Counted from the first letter of the whole stretch, positions 12,235-27,563 are shown. The stretch is 55,751 nucleotides of DNA, filler included, from Sluysia triapertura (GCA_046118255.1; 4 parts of 4 records of this genome joined end to end with filler, not necessarily neighbours in it), one strand, 5' to 3'. Program-made: numbers and translations. The notes: a model not told the origin generated them from the letters alone.

Positions 12235-12505
12235 TTTTGTGGGGGACACCAAACCCAATTTATTTTATTTTGAATTAATCATTTTATTTTTAGCAGTTTG
12301 GAGCCAAACTTCTGGGAGACACTCAGCCCAATTTATGTTTTAAAATATCTTCAATTAATTATTTGATTTTTAGCGATTTTAAGTTAGCTTCGTGGGAGAC
12401 AGTCTGCCCAATTCATTTTAAAAATATTTTAAGTTAATAATTTGATTTTTAGCTAATTATAATATAATTTTGTGGGGGACATTGTCCAATTTATTTTTAA
12501 AATAT
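12235..12505. repeat. Diverged tandem repeat, unit ~77-80 bp, about 3.5 copies
   Basis: Recurrent TGGG(G/A)GACA...CCAATT...GATTTTTAGC at ~12240, 12313, 12394, 12474. Confidence 0.8.
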
Positions 12506-12807
12506 TTAACCATAATTACTGTTTTAAACTTTCTGGATATTGATATTGTTTTAGTGTTTGTTGCGTCACTCCTGGTTTCTTCATAGAGACTGTCATATCC
12601 GTGATACTATTAATGTTAATCCTGTAGTTTTAGTCATTTTAATAAAGTGTTGTTTAATAAAGTCTTATAGCAGTAATTTTTATTTGGTTTTTTTGGTAAT
12701 CATTAAATTATTGAATTGTTGTTTATTTTATTTTAAAAACTTAATCTTTGGGTTGAATAAATAACATCATCTAAGTAAGAAAATTTGTGATAATTTCATT
12801 AATATAT

Positions 12808-14311
12808 TTAATGATTGATTATTGAGGTTTTGATAAATAAATTAACCGATATTAATTTGTTTGGTTGAGTCGTGTTAAAATAAAAATAAATTGAATTTAA
12901 ATTTATAAAATTATTTTTCAATAGATCTGGGTATATTTGTGAATAATTTATGAAACTTAGTCTTTCTTGAAAAAAACTTTTTTTAGAATTTAAGATAAGT
13001 TTCATGCAGTTTTCACTGATACTATCAATCTTATGTTCACTAGAAGTAAAACATTTAAGAACACGACATAACTTATTTATAAGCAAATTATAGAAATTAA
13101 TAAATAACTTATAACAAAAATTTTATTGAACATAAAGATGAAAACTAATAATTTTGTTACTGTATCTTCGTGTAGGTCAATCCACTTCACTTCGAAAGGA
13201 TCATCTAAAGAAGAATGAATATATAATTTATAAAATAATTCAAAAGGAGAAAAATTTACGTTTTTAGATTTTCTGTTATGATCATTGCATTCATTATTTT
13301 TGTTCACAAAATAGTTTTCTTGTAACTTTCGTAATTGTAGGGATGAACGCGTCACGTTAACAATAATCTTATATTCTCTCATTATATCGTCTGATTTATT
13401 GCAATAATTCTGAATATGCTGATGATCTAATTCTGACAAAATTTCAAGATCACTGGTTATTTTGAACGATTCGATACATATTTTAAGGCAGAAAGTATGA
13501 GTAGGTACTGATGATCCGCATACTACGTGTGAAACTATTGTTACTGGAATTACTTTCACATAATCAAAACAATGCAATTTTAAAATTTGACTACTGAAAC
13601 GGGGAGTTCATAGCTACAATATTCATTCGTACTTTTAAATAGTTTAATACTCCTTAACTTTCGTACTAATTAACTTAATTCGAGCACGACAATGTGATTC
13701 ATGATTATAAGATCATTTTAAAACATCAGCATATGGATGCAAAGTTAACTGAATAAATAACAAAAATTGATCATTGTCCTTAACTGAAATACCTTGGGTA
13801 AACTTTTTAAACAAATTACACAGTAATTTCCTAATACAACTAAATAGGTATGATTTCCAATTGATAATACTAAATCGATTACGGTAACTGGAACTTACAA
13901 GACATTGATGTAGAGAAACAGGTTCCATAAATTTATGAAGTTCTAGATTCTTAATTAATGTTGACCGAAATCTATTATCAACAATTATGATGAAATTTAA
14001 TTTCAATCTTTCTAATTCATAAAGTTTGTAATAGAAAACAGCATCACAATAGACTTATAACAATCAGGTGGATCAACTGGATCATTATTTGAATACATAA
14101 ACGAATATACTCCCGATATATAGATTATATTAAGATCAACATATTTGTAAGCTTTACAGCCTCCTCGATAATTGGGCATAAACGAGAACGTTTTATATTT
14201 ATTAATTGTAATAAATGAAGACAAATCGTTATTCATTTTAACTGAGTAGACAGTTTTAATAGTATATAAAATTGATATGTAGATACTAAAAATATTAAAG
14301 ATTAAAAACAT
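12808..14311 (-). pseudogene. Chain of four co-oriented orphan ORFs, probably one broken or spliced gene with a hydrophobic N-terminus
   Basis: ORFs 14311-14012, 14006-13713, 13577-13077 and 13086-12808 lie close together on one strand. No domain recognised. Confidence 0.4.
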
Positions 14312-15965
14312 TTATGATCAAATTAAACATTTTTGTAAATAAAATTAAACATTTCTGTAAATAAAACATTTAATTAAATATTTTTGTAAAGCAATTATTT
14401 AATTAGTACAAACATTTGATTAATTAGTACAAAAGATAATGTTTAGTAATTAAGATAATATTCTATAAAAAACTTTTATCTATCTATAACATTTTAGAAA
14501 TAAATAGCATTTTAGAAATAAAAGACTTTTGCCGAAAAAATTAGATAATAAAATTTTTAATAATCTGCATAATTATAATTATTATCTACATTTTATGCTT
14601 TGAATTAACTTTTATGCCGAAATTAATTTTTATCAAACCGACATATACGTCGGAAAAAATCAAATAAATACAAAATTATAAATAGCTTACGATTTTAGTA
14701 ATTTCTCATAAGAACAACAACAGTAAAGAGAGATTTTGAAAACTTTATTGAAAGATTTTTCGATTGTACGACTAATATATTTGAGATATTTGGAATTCTT
14801 GTGGAACATTCGCTAGGATTGGATTATTTGTTGACTTGGATCACTGTAGGAAAATCTGTATCGCTACTGTGGAATTTAATTTGGGAAAGCAGTTATTGGA
14901 AGCAGCATCATATTTTACAGAGATTTTCTGTATTAAAATATACTTAAAATCACATTATTTTTCCACACCCAAGTATTCACCTGGGTTAAAATCATACTAA
15001 AATCTTATTCAATAATTTATTAGGATACTAGTTGTTCTGATCTTTGAATAGTATTCTCTATGTTGTTCATTTCAAACTCAGTATATATTTGCACCTCATC
15101 AGCATATATATGGTATTTAAAACTATAATTAAATTTTTAATAATTACAGTTTTGAGTAGTAGCTAATAAATTTTATTTGTAAAAGATCATTTTGATGAAT
15201 GACCTATTGTAGATTAATTTAATTGTCAAAATTATTAATAAGTAATTTTGGAAGTTACGTTAAAATTACCGATTGTTTTTCGAAGACCCTTCATTTATAT
15301 TTATTAATAAAATTTTAGAATCACTTTTGGGAAAGTCAATAATTTGTGTTACGTCACTTCTGGTTATTAATTTATTTGAATTAACTATCATTTTGTTCAT
15401 TTTTCTTATTTGAATACTGTTAGGTGACAGTAGTTTTGGATATTTTCGAATTTTATATTGGTAATCGTAATAGCATATAATTTTGAAAAATTGATTGGAA
15501 TCATTTACTTTTATTGCCTTAATGTTGTATTTACGTTATAATAAATATAATTAAATTTGTATTTTGGGATTTCATTAGTTTTTAAATTTTAATGAAGGTT
15601 CAATAGTAATAAGGAATCATTAGTCATAAATTGATTTTTACCGTGGATAAAGAAAAATTCTTTGTGATGATTTGTATCAGATTTTTAACAATTATTAAAA
15701 TCAATAAGATCTCAATTAATTTTGCTATTAAGTTATTGTTATAAATCATTAATTAAAGATGTAACAGTATATTATTTGTCAATTACAGATTACTGATATA
15801 AATATGATTTAAAATGGTATATGTGTAGTGTTCAGCCCATTCATAAATCGCTAATACATACAACACAAACATCCACTACATTTTACACCAACATAATATA
15901 ACTTAAATAAAATATAACATTTTTTTAGTAACTTGAATAATATATAATATACGGTAATGCAAACA

Positions 15966-16065
15966 NNNNNNNNNNNNNNNNNNNNNNNNNNNNNNNNNNN
16001 NNNNNNNNNTTAATTAATTAANNNNNNNNNNNNNNNNNNNNNNNNNNNNNNNNNNNNNNNNNNNN
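15966..16065. other. Artificial contig linker (44 N + TTAATTAATTAA + 44 N)
   Basis: Same structure at three places; the 12-mer has stops in all six frames. Confidence 0.95.
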
Positions 16066-18199
16066 CTTTATATATATTACAAATATTATCTTAATAAAAA
16101 TATCAAACTTCTATAATTATTTTTCTTAGAAAAATATTTTATTTATATGTTTTCGTAAAAATAATTTCCAACAATTCTTATATTTGTCACAATAACTTAT
16201 CAGTACCATTGCTGATCCAACTTCGTAAAGCACTTACTTGAGTAATTTCTTCTTCATAATAGGAGATAATAAAGTATGCTGACACAGTAATACCTGACTG
16301 TACATGTATAAATAACAAAAAAACAATTTAAACATTAATTTTGTCCAATCATTACGCTGAAACAAGGTGGTTTATAGTGTAATTGGCGGTGAGAGAATGA
16401 TGAATACATGTGGATAGTAAAATTTGAGAATAACTTTATCAATGAGTGATTAATGTAGAAACTAAATTAGAACAGTGATTTTCAAACAATTTGTTTGTTA
16501 AAATATTTACTTTATTTTTTCTTAAATGGCAGCAAGATATGTGTTAAATAAACCACATTGGTTTTATTATTACTATCAATACAATCATCATTGTTATATT
16601 ATTGTATTATTAATTAATTGATTAATTTATTAATAAATGATGATCAATAATTGATCATTATTGGTATTTGAGGCACCTAAAAACTGTATTTTGATGTATT
16701 TATTTTTTCTGTTTCTTGTGTTTATTGCCAATAAACTTTGTTTTATTTCTAATTCATCAGTACATACTGTTTACATTATGTGTATGTGTGTGTGCGTGTG
16801 TTGAAACTATTGTATAAATAGTATCATTTATAGAAAATTTTTAATTGACTATAATGAAAATAAATTGTTAAATTGTGTTACATAGTGCGAAGTTTTGTGG
16901 TTCGACAAAAGTCTGATAAGAACTTTGATTTTAATTTTCGGTATTTGTTTATAATTTTTGTTTTTACATCATTTTTTACTTTGTCAATATCGACAGAAAA
17001 TTAATATTTTATTGTTATTACTATTATCATTATATTAATATTATTATTTTATATAATTATTATTGCATAAAGAGAGAAAGAGTTTCATTTTTCTACTTAG
17101 TTTATAAATAATAAATGTTTGTTTAAATTGTGAATATTAAAAACAAATTAATATTGAAAACTATAATGATGAAGTTCGATATTGTTATAAAAACTGTCTT
17201 CTTTTTTATGTGTTGTTTATAATGATATATTACTACATAAGCTTAATCTTTTAAATATTATTACAGTCATCATCATCATCATCATCTTCCAATGTTTTTT
17301 TATTTCTATTACTGTGTTGTTTTTAACAAACATCTATAATTAATGTTGACAAACTAAACATAAAAGAAGTATAAGAAATATTGAACAAGAAATTCTATTA
17401 ATTTATATATAATCGTAATTATACTAACAGATTTATTTTGACTTACAATTTTTTATTTAAAATTTTTCAAATAAAACCCAAAAAAGAAAAGAATTTTTAT
17501 TAATTGAATCAAACATTTAAATATTAAAATCAAATTAATATATACAAAGAAAAAATAACTAAAAATATTATTTTATTTTTTAATTATTGCTAAAAGTTTC
17601 ATTTTGTTTTAATAATTGTTTACTATTTTAATTATAACACAAATGAAAAAGAAAGTAAATTTAATAATTTATTAAGAAATGTTTTAATAAAAAATTTAAT
17701 TAATTATTCATAGAATTTAATAATATTAATGTGTTATTTGTGAAATGTAAATTTTAAATAAAAATAATTAAAAAATATTTAAGTAAATAATAAAAATGTT
17801 TAAATATATAAGCAACTAATAGCACAACTTATTAAAACAATTAAAATTTAATTGTATTAAAATTCACAAGTTTTATTTAAAAAATTTCAAATAAAATATA
17901 AAATATAGTACTTAAATTTATTACAAGTTATATTATTGCTGAAATTAACTCATTTTAGTAGAAAAATAGAAAAAAATTAATAATTTAAAACCATTTACAT
18001 TGAAATCAATTTTAATTGGGTTAAATTATTTTTGTTTCAATTTACACGCAATAGTATTATTAACTTTAAACTCGGAATTAAAGGATAAAAATATGTTTAA
18101 AATTAAAATTAAAATTTTACTTTAAATTTATTATAAAATTTTTATTGCAAATTTTATACTGCTTACAAATTTCTTTTAATTAGTTACTTATTTTGAAGC

Positions 18200-20124
18200 T
18201 TTTATTTAATTTATTCAATAAGAATAAAAATATGATCGAGTAAGATTCAGTAGTAATAGACACAGAAAATTAAATGTAAGAAATTTGTCAACATCTGCAA
18301 GAAGTTGATACACCATAAGATAAAACTGGTATTGTTTAAAATTATTAAGAAATTGTTTTCTTATATAGAAATGCTTTAAATAACTTTTGCTTCTTGTATT
18401 TATCACTATGACATAAATATTAAAAAGCACTAAAAAATATGTCAGCCTTTATAATATTTGTGAATTAAAGAAAGAACATTATTTTATTTTTCAAATACTT
18501 TATAAGTTCCCAATCATTTGTTACTTTCACAGTAATCCAATATTTTAATATTCTTCGATAGTTGCTATTTAAGTTTATAACTCATCATACATTTGATTAT
18601 ACTTAAGTTATTATTAAAATGGGAAATATAAAATGTTTTGCTTTGCTATAAATTTAAATGAAGATCTTTTGCGTTTATGATGAATCAAAGGTTTATATCA
18701 GAACATTTCTCTGGAGTTTTTACTAAGAAATGAAATATTGAAAAGGTCTTGTTTGTTTTTTATGTCGCATAATATTTTTGATAAAGATATTTATTGTTAA
18801 AATAGTATTTAGAAGACATCCTTGTTATAAATCAGGATTACATTTAATAATTTGAAAACTTAAATTTATATTAACACGTTGATATTCCTCACAGATGAGA
18901 CTCTTTTATCACTGTATTTATTTCTATTTCTATCACTATGATCATGTTCAATTTTAAACTTAAAAATTAAACACAAACTTAAACTAAAAATAATTTTACT
19001 ACTGTTTACTGTATTACACTTTATATTCACAGTATGTTTATTAGCCTTTAAGAAAATAAAACAAAAACACTAAATTTTATCTAATCTAAAGTTATTACAA
19101 TTATTTAGAATAATTAAATGATTATAATAATTAGCGATGTTACGAAACCCGGAAAATAATTATTTGATTAAAATGACAACATATTATTTCCAATTGATAT
19201 CACTACACTTATTACTAAAATACTTAATTAAAAAAATTTTGTGTGTGTGCCAATAGCATACAAGCCAATGAAATATGAATTGTAGCAAATTGATATTGAT
19301 TGGCAAAACATAAGTTAAACATAGCGAACACAATTTTTGTTTTAAATAGAGACCTATGCTTGTTATAGATTTCTTTCTTTATAAATTAAACTTTGTTTTC
19401 TTTGAAGAATAGAAATGAAGTTCTTTGATGAATTGTGTAAAATGTTGTAAAGTTTAACAAAGAATGTCAAAAGATATTTTAAATACTTTACTAAAGTATG
19501 ATTTCGAAGTGATTATAGAGATATATTATGATTTAAATGAACGGTACAGGTTGTAGAAAAAGACTAATTATAAAGATTTAAAATTGAATAATAGGGGCAT
19601 TATGATGAATAGTTTTGAATACAAATGATCCAATGAATGATGATGTGTAGGATTTAAAACACGAAATTCTTTATTGAAGGTTTAAGATAGTTTGTCATTA
19701 GAAAAATGAATATTTCTGTAGTACAGAAAAGCTTTCAAATCTTCGCTAATATTTATTATTTTAAGGCTACTGAGTGTATTATATAATTTTTGATCCATTT
19801 AAGGCATGCGTAAATTACCATGATACAGTAGGAGAAAAACAAGGGTGAAAAATATGTTTAATAAGATTGTTAATAAATGTTGAAATAATTTAATGAAAGA
19901 TATTATGAATAAAATGTTTTGATGATTACTATAAAATGTTGAAGTATTTAACAATGTTGTTGAAAGAATGTGAAAACATAATATTTGAAGATTTAGTAAT
20001 TTTAAAAAGAAGGTGAATTTTCTCACCTGGTTTGTAATTTTCAATGATTGCATTAAAAATTTTATTGCGCGATTTGTGACATATATATTGGTGAAACTCG
20101 TGTGTTGTGAGTTGAGCCACTACA
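18200..20124 (-). mobile_element. Cassette E (weaker member): TGTAGTGGCTCAAC terminus, skewed leader, CCAAT cluster, decayed cargo
   Basis: GTTGAGCCACTACA 20111-20124; C-poor plus strand ~19360-20110; GCCAAT 19249 and 19264, GATTGGC 19298. Left boundary approximate. Confidence 0.45.
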
Positions 20125-23117
20125 AAATGAAAATCACGATTCCATCCAATAAAATTACAATAAATTATTATTATTTATAGAAACTTAATATTAATAAGTT
20201 ATGTAATACATATAAGTTTATATAACGACAATATGAACTACGAAATAAGTTTCAAATACACCAATCATAAATAATTCATTTTTCTCTCTAATCGAAAAAT
20301 GTGCATTAATTTAATAGTTTAAAAAATAAATAAAAATAAAATTATTTGTTTGTTTATATCTTTATTGATAAATCAAAAATACATAAATAATAAGCTTTTG
20401 AAAATAATTGTTTTTTATTTTATAAAAAATATTATAAATCTACTACTGTTTAAATAATTAATATATTAGTAACATATAATAATTTTGTTAATATTTTGTA
20501 ATTAAAAATATAATATGAAAAACTACATATATTGTAATATGACTATATTCAAGATTGATTGATGACTTATTGACAGTTCTGTTTAAATTAGTAGTACTAT
20601 ATGGTTCACTAATACTTTTCATTCCTATATTATTAATTTTTAACACATTATTATTATTATTATCATTATTGTTATTGTTATTATTATTACTGATGCTGAT
20701 GACGACCCTATTTACAAAATTCCCCATAGTATCATCTATTAAAATGATAAATTCAACAAAACAATAATTTGTGTGTAATTCTAAAATTATTGAAATAACA
20801 TTGTTTTACAACTGAGTCATCAATTTATAATAATAAGTATTATTATTATTATTATCACTTTTATTTATTATTACTTTTAATTTTTTTTCCATAACTTTTG
20901 CCATATGAATATTAATAATAATTACAAAAACTCGATTTTGAGAGATTTAAGTATGAAATAATAGATACTTGAATATGATAAATTGAGAAATCCATTTTTT
21001 TCATTTTTTTTAATTAGAAATTTAAATTAATTTATAATTATGTTTGTTTTTATTATTTTATAAATTAATATGAAATTATTTTAAATATTTTATTTTAAAT
21101 ATTATTACTAAATAAATACTTTTAAATATTTCTTTTAAAAAATTAATATTAATTATTGAAACTTAATTATTTATATATTATGTTTTATTTTTATTTATTT
21201 TTAATTTTTATTCAGTACGTAAATTATATTAGTCAAAATTATAAAATTATACAAATTAAAAAAATATAAAATTAATTTTTATACCCCTCCGTCTAGAATA
21301 AGTATCCGATTTTTGTAAAAATTAATATTTTTGAAAAATTATCAAAATAAATCAAATCTAAAAACATAAAATTATATATTTTATTGAAACTTAACTACAA
21401 ATATCGTTTCTGAGAAACTTTTGAGAGTCATTTGAATTTATGATGTCATACTTGGAAATGGGAAGCTTACTAAATGGTCGTTTTTCGTATTATGCACTTC
21501 CACTTAGTTTCATGGTTTCTACTACACACTACTGGTGACAAAGAAAAACCTATAAAAGTGTTTTAAAAAGGATTGTAAACTTTTAAAAATTTTCAAAACG
21601 AAATAAAATATCAAAAAAAACGAATTATCTGTAAGGCTATATCAATTGAACATGTCAGAAACATCATTTAAATATCGTAAAATAATAAGGCTTATTTATT
21701 AACATGTTTGCATATCAGTTCTTGTGTGGCTTGTCTACCTTATCAGTTTTAGATAAGATTTTGCACTTTTTTTCGCACTTAAAAAATTCATTGCCATTTA
21801 AAGTCATTTCATAAGAAAAATTTCCATGGGCTGTGGTACAAGATTGCTCTAATGAATATCTTTTCACATTTTGTGATCCGGATTTATGTAAATTATATCT
21901 TCAATAAAAGACTGCCACCAACATGTGCAAAATGTGTTATATATGATGATTTATATATATGATGAAAAATGATTTAAAAATGGCTCATACATCATGAAGT
22001 TAAATCATTTAATAGGCCAGTATTAATATACTTGACTTAAATAAGGCAACTTTCGAGATTGGAGCACATTAGAAGAACTTGAAGAATTGTTGTGATTCAT
22101 TTCCGAAGTATTATTGTCCGATAAATAAACAAATAATAAATTTATAGCATTAATATCTAATATAAAATAATCACTTAAAGGCGCATTGAATAAATCTTTC
22201 ATTAAATAGAAATAACTCTATCTTCATAAATATTCTCTAGTATATTTTAAAACAAATTGTATTATTATTGTTTATTCAGTAAATTCTACGTACCATTTAT
22301 TTTGATTTCAGCATTTTTTTTATATTCAGCACTTCTATAACATAAACATTTATAACTTACTGTCTTGACTTTGATTTCTCTTCTTTCTTTTCTTATGTTA
22401 AAGTACTACTTGAGATTATTTTTCTTTGAAAATTAGTTTTGCTTATTGATTTAGTAGTAACTACAATTTTTTCACTTTGCTGCTTGGAATTGAAATATAT
22501 TTTATGACTTATCAATGAATGAACAATTAATAAATTTTCTATTACATTTGATATTTTCTTCAAAGTTCATTTTTGAATCCCATACGGAATCCTATATTTA
22601 ACATACAATTAACATTGTTTCATTTATTTTAGCATTGCCACTATTTTCATTTATGCAGATGATAAAATCTGAATTTTCTTCATTTTATCAATTTTTATCA
22701 TTTATTGGTTTTTTTGTTCTTTTAAATAATACTTTCACATTTAGTATATATATATTCGAAGTACGTGCGGTATTTATAAATCTATGATTATTTTATACAA
22801 GGAAAATTATTTTTATACATTATATACAATCATAAACCAAGTATTGATCCATTCTTCGCTCGACTTCTTTCTTTTAAAACCATTTTTTGTACTTTTTCAA
22901 ATATTTACCATGTTTTTAAATCTTTATTCTGAATCAAGGAATTTAATTTGATTTTTAATAATTTATTTAAAGTAGTAAATTTAGTGTAATAATTAAATTA
23001 AACAATGTTTTACAAAGTATTCTTACACTTTATAATCGGATAAGTTTTTAATATCTATTCAATAATAAATTAATAATAATAATAATCAATAATTATTAAT
23101 AATTAATTATTTTTCAG

Positions 23118-23342
23118 ATAGCACAATTTAAACCTCTAATTGACATCAACTGTTCATCGGATTTGAAGTTATTTTTGTGTAGTGCATTTGCCCCAATTTG
23201 TTTACCTAATTGGCCCGAAAAAGTGCACGCTTGTCGATCTTTATGTGATGGTGCCAAAAATGCCTGTTTACCAGTTATGGAACGATATGGATTTAAGTGG
23301 CCAGAAAATATCGATTGTAGAACACTTCATGATGAAGATGAA
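23118..23342 (+). CDS. Internal exon encoding a frizzled-type cysteine-rich domain (Frizzled or sFRP-like)
   Basis: TTTTCAG acceptor, GTAAGT donor. IAQFKPLIDINCSSDLKLFLCSAFAPICL..ACRSLCDGAKNACLPVMERYGFKWPENIDC has canonical FZ cysteine spacing. Confidence 0.95.
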
Positions 23343-26129
23343 GTAAGTTCTTTTTTAATAAATTTGAAATTAAATTTTAACGCAATATGTAATGATTGGG
23401 CAATATAATCGACTATTTGAAATCAGTTAGAAAGAAATATTAGAAGAAATCGAAAATTTGAAAAATAACCCTGAACTATGGTCATTTATCTTTTCTTATC
23501 TTTTATATTAAATGTTAAATTCATTTTCAAAAATTAATGTGTTTGTTATTCAGGTCTTTGTAAGGAATTTTACCTTAAAAATGAATAATAATTCGTACAG
23601 GATTTAAAGCATAAATTAATTATTTTAATCTTTCAATGTATCCATTTTAAATAACAAAAAGTATTTCAAATAATAACTAAACTCTTTAAAATACCTAGAC
23701 CACTCTGAAAATATGATGATCTCACAATTAGAATAGAATTCAAAAACTGTTATTTCGAGTGTAACAGAGCATAACGCCATATAATTTATTTCATCTTCCT
23801 TATTAAAATCCAAAACTCAAACTAATCGAAAAATTGTTTTCAAAATGAAAATGACTAATCACAAATCTCGAAATACAATAGTCATATGAGAGAAGAGAAT
23901 AGTTGTAATTTATTTAACAATTTCGATTTTCTATTTAAATTCAATTTATTTAAGATATGTTTAACTCATTATACACCAGTGACCCATTTTGGGACACATT
24001 TTCAAATTTTTTTTCTTCTAAATATGATAAAGCCATTAAATTAATGATATCATATCATATGTACCAAGAAAGTATTTAAAGTAATAACAATTATGGTAAA
24101 AATAGTTCAAATTGGTTAGTATAAGTATTAATGTACTTATAATTTTTCTTTGATGATTTTGTCGGTTTTTCTAACCTTTTTTTGAATAAATTAAATTATT
24201 TAAAAACATTAATTTACGGTCTAAACCTTGTAAAACGAATAAGTAATAAATAATTGTCAATAAAATTACTAAATAATTCAATAAAAATTGAATACCATTA
24301 AAAGTTAAGTTCATCAAGTTTGGACTGTCTTTGCTGAAATTTAAAACTGTGAATAGAATAAATTTAGAATTATTTTAGTTGAATTTGATTATTGTCAAAT
24401 TAAAATTTATCAATCCATGATTTGGAAAATCAATTTTAAATAGACTTATTAGTTCAAGAACAATTTCGAGATCTTCAAAAGACTAAATTCAATATAATTT
24501 TCAAATTAGATATTAAAAAATATAATACAACAATTTTTCCTTATTTAAACTTTATTTATTATTTAAAATATGTATAAAATTAAATTATTTGAAACGTAAA
24601 TTTTTTTAACAAAACCCTCAGAAATGTTTATTCACGAGGCACATGAATTTCTTTTGCTTATAGTAATAATTTTTACGATCGAATTTTCTGACTTTCTGTG
24701 ATGGAAAATCTGAGCGTCCACTTTTTGATTACAATTACGTCTCCTGGTTAAACTCACCTTTTTTCTGTATTCATAACAATCTGAAGTTAGTTACCCATTC
24801 TAATAATTCATTTTCATTTTATTATTACACTTTTAGACTTATAAATATTGACTTAATAAATTGAATATGAAATATTTTGGTTTTAATTTTTAATTATTAA
24901 TAAGTCATACAAATTAAATACAAATTAAATACGAATATATTTATATTAGTGATAATAATACAATAATCACGATATATTTGAATTTTAAAAATTAAATCTG
25001 TAATGTGGTTTAACAATTTTATAAAAGTATAATTTGTTTTAATTATAGTAATAATTGAAACAATGAAAATATTATCTCTATAATTCAACCATTGAATTAT
25101 TTATAATTTATTCTTACAATAATCATAAATACATTTTAATCAAAATGCATCATAATAGATCTATCATCTATTTGTGTAACTGAGCAAGGATAAAAACATA
25201 AAAGAGATACTTGTTTTATTCTTTAATTTACATTGTCAAGGTGCAGATTTCATTAAATGAGTTAAATGTTACAGCAATACTCATTTGATATAGATTTTAA
25301 CATTAATTCTGTTTTTGAATAGTACTTTTAAGGATGTTTCGGCAGTTCATTCGATGAAAAATATTTTTTCAATTCTGAATATGACAAACAATGCTTTAGT
25401 AGTTCTAATTTATTTTTATTATTATTATTTTTATTATTATTATTACTATTTTTATTATTTCAAGCATTTCTTCCAAAAAATCTTCGTTTGAAAATGTAAA
25501 GTTGAATATTTGAATATTTAAATTGAATATTTGCTTATATAAATATTTTTTTACAACATTGGCTGTGTTGATATGTTGGATGTGGTTTTTGTTCTTCATT
25601 TATAACGGTGAGAATATAATCCAAAAAATGTACTAACTTCTCAAATAATTGTAACGTATGTATTAATGTATTATGTATATTTGATATTTTATTTTCACAT
25701 TATATTTTTTGATATTTTAAATATTAAAATTATTGATGTATTAAATTTAAATTTTAAATATTTAAATTTAAAATAATGTATTTAAAATATTAATTATTAA
25801 AAAATATTAAATAATTAATGTATTAAAAATTATTAAATTTAAAAAAGCATATTATTGTTTTAATTATTAAATTTATTTGATTTATAAAATTACTAAAAAT
25901 AGTGTTTAGAAACACTATAAACATAGTTTCGAAAAGCTACACTGGCACACAAATATAGTTTTGAAGTTATTGATTTTACTGATATATTTATAGCTCAATA
26001 AACGAAAATCATTTTTAAAAACATTATTCGAAGCAATTATTAATATTTGGACAAAACTAATTAAAGAAGATTAATTGTTTGGAAAAATTTATTATAAAAT
26101 TTATTATATAAAATTTGCAATAACTCACG

Positions 26130-27430
26130 TCAAACTTCGGCAATTCTATGACATTCTCACTGCCTGAAAAAAGGGATACCGCAAAATTTTAATACGAGAT
26201 AAGAGAAACTACATACTTTTTTTGTTCCATTTTAATCGGTTTCGATACAAAAGACTCATGCTTCACATAATTCAATAGCAGAAGAATTTCCAAATGCATG
26301 GAATGTATTAATAAAAGTAATAAAGATAAGACAAAAAAATATACCAAAGAGTGTCTAGGATATGTAATTTCGAGTGGAACATTTTAAGTTATTTTGTGAT
26401 TGGTAGAAATTAAACTGTTTCACGTCTAATTTTAGAATCCAATGTTTTTTGCGATTACATGATTATCTGGTAGAGATAATGCGTCAAGGATATTTATTTC
26501 ATTAGATCTAAATTCTGGCAAGATAGCTCACTTGGAGAAATAAAAAGAACCAGCGAAAATGATAAGTTGTACAAGGAATTAAGGCCTGTGCTTTTGTAAA
26601 GTAATCAAAATATTAAATATTTCGCTAAAAGATTCTCTAACTATGTAAGATCAAATAATATAATTTTTATATAATGTGCATTCCTGAAGTTATAAAGAAA
26701 AGATTATTGGAGGTAGCACGTATAAGTCATATTGGTATCACTAAAATTTCTGAGTTAATAAAAGCTTATTACTTATGCCAGAAAATGAGCCATGATGTTA
26801 AAGAATATTTTAAGAATGGATATTTGCAATTGTTTTGTCATGAAATTCTGAAACTATTGAAAACTGTTGAATATAATTTCAAGAATCATCCCAACGGATA
26901 CAAAATAGATTTCACATTTCAATTAAAATAGACGCAAGCATTGTAATCTTTCAATTCAAGAACTTATTCTTGCTGAGTGAAATCCCACAAATGACAATAT
27001 CGAGAAATATATCCACAAATTTATCCACAAGCAAATAAAATAGTAAATAGAATAACGATTATTGTTTGAAAGTTCTAGCACAAATAGTGGCATTTCTCGT
27101 GTCATTGGTTTATGTTCTACAGTACTATGTATTATAGTCAAGAAATATACATTTACATCATTATAATGAAAATAGAAATTGCCGATTAAATATTTTATTG
27201 CTGGTGAGAGATTGACGTTATGATACAAATCGGAGAATAAAATTATCTACGATACTATGGTAATTTGGATCGTAAAATGGAAAAAAATTAAAATTCAGGT
27301 TGTCATTAATTGATAATTAATTTGAACGCTCATATTATAGGTAAATTATTGTGTATAATTTGGTATAAACGAAGGTTTTTTTCTGCCAGATAATAATTGA
27401 ATATTTATAAACTTGCAAAATAAACTCAAT
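26130..27430 (+). mobile_element. Decayed Ty3/Gypsy pol remnant (RNase H to integrase)
   Basis: CIPEVIKKRLLEVARISHIGITKISELIKAYY..MSHDVKEY is an integrase zinc-binding (H2C2-type) pattern. Upstream FLRLHDY..GRDN and downstream IDF and YPQAN-like remnants are in the expected order. Boundaries approximate. Confidence 0.75.
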
Positions 27431-27463
27431 TTTACTTTAAACGGGCTGGAAAAAGAATCGATG

Positions 27464-27563
27464 NNNNNNNNNNNNNNNNNNNNNNNNNNNNNNNNNNNNN
27501 NNNNNNNTTAATTAATTAANNNNNNNNNNNNNNNNNNNNNNNNNNNNNNNNNNNNNNNNNNNN
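27464..27563. other. Artificial contig linker
   Basis: 44 N + TTAATTAATTAA + 44 N. Confidence 0.95.

Noticed and set aside
12235-12505. CRISPR-like array
   Set aside because: The whole unit is repeated with no unique spacers; eukaryotic context and no cas genes.
15824-15880. 57-bp TGTAGTG...CACTACA mini element
   Set aside because: No target duplication, and CACTACA arises easily in G-poor DNA.
16010-16021. TTAATTAATTAA palindrome inside N runs (also 27508, 43750)
   Set aside because: Assembly linker, not biology; adjacency across it should not be interpreted.
20488-20767. Overlapping poly-N and poly-L ORFs (similar ones at 2450-2641 and 52561-52770)
   Set aside because: Artefacts of TAA/TTA microsatellites.
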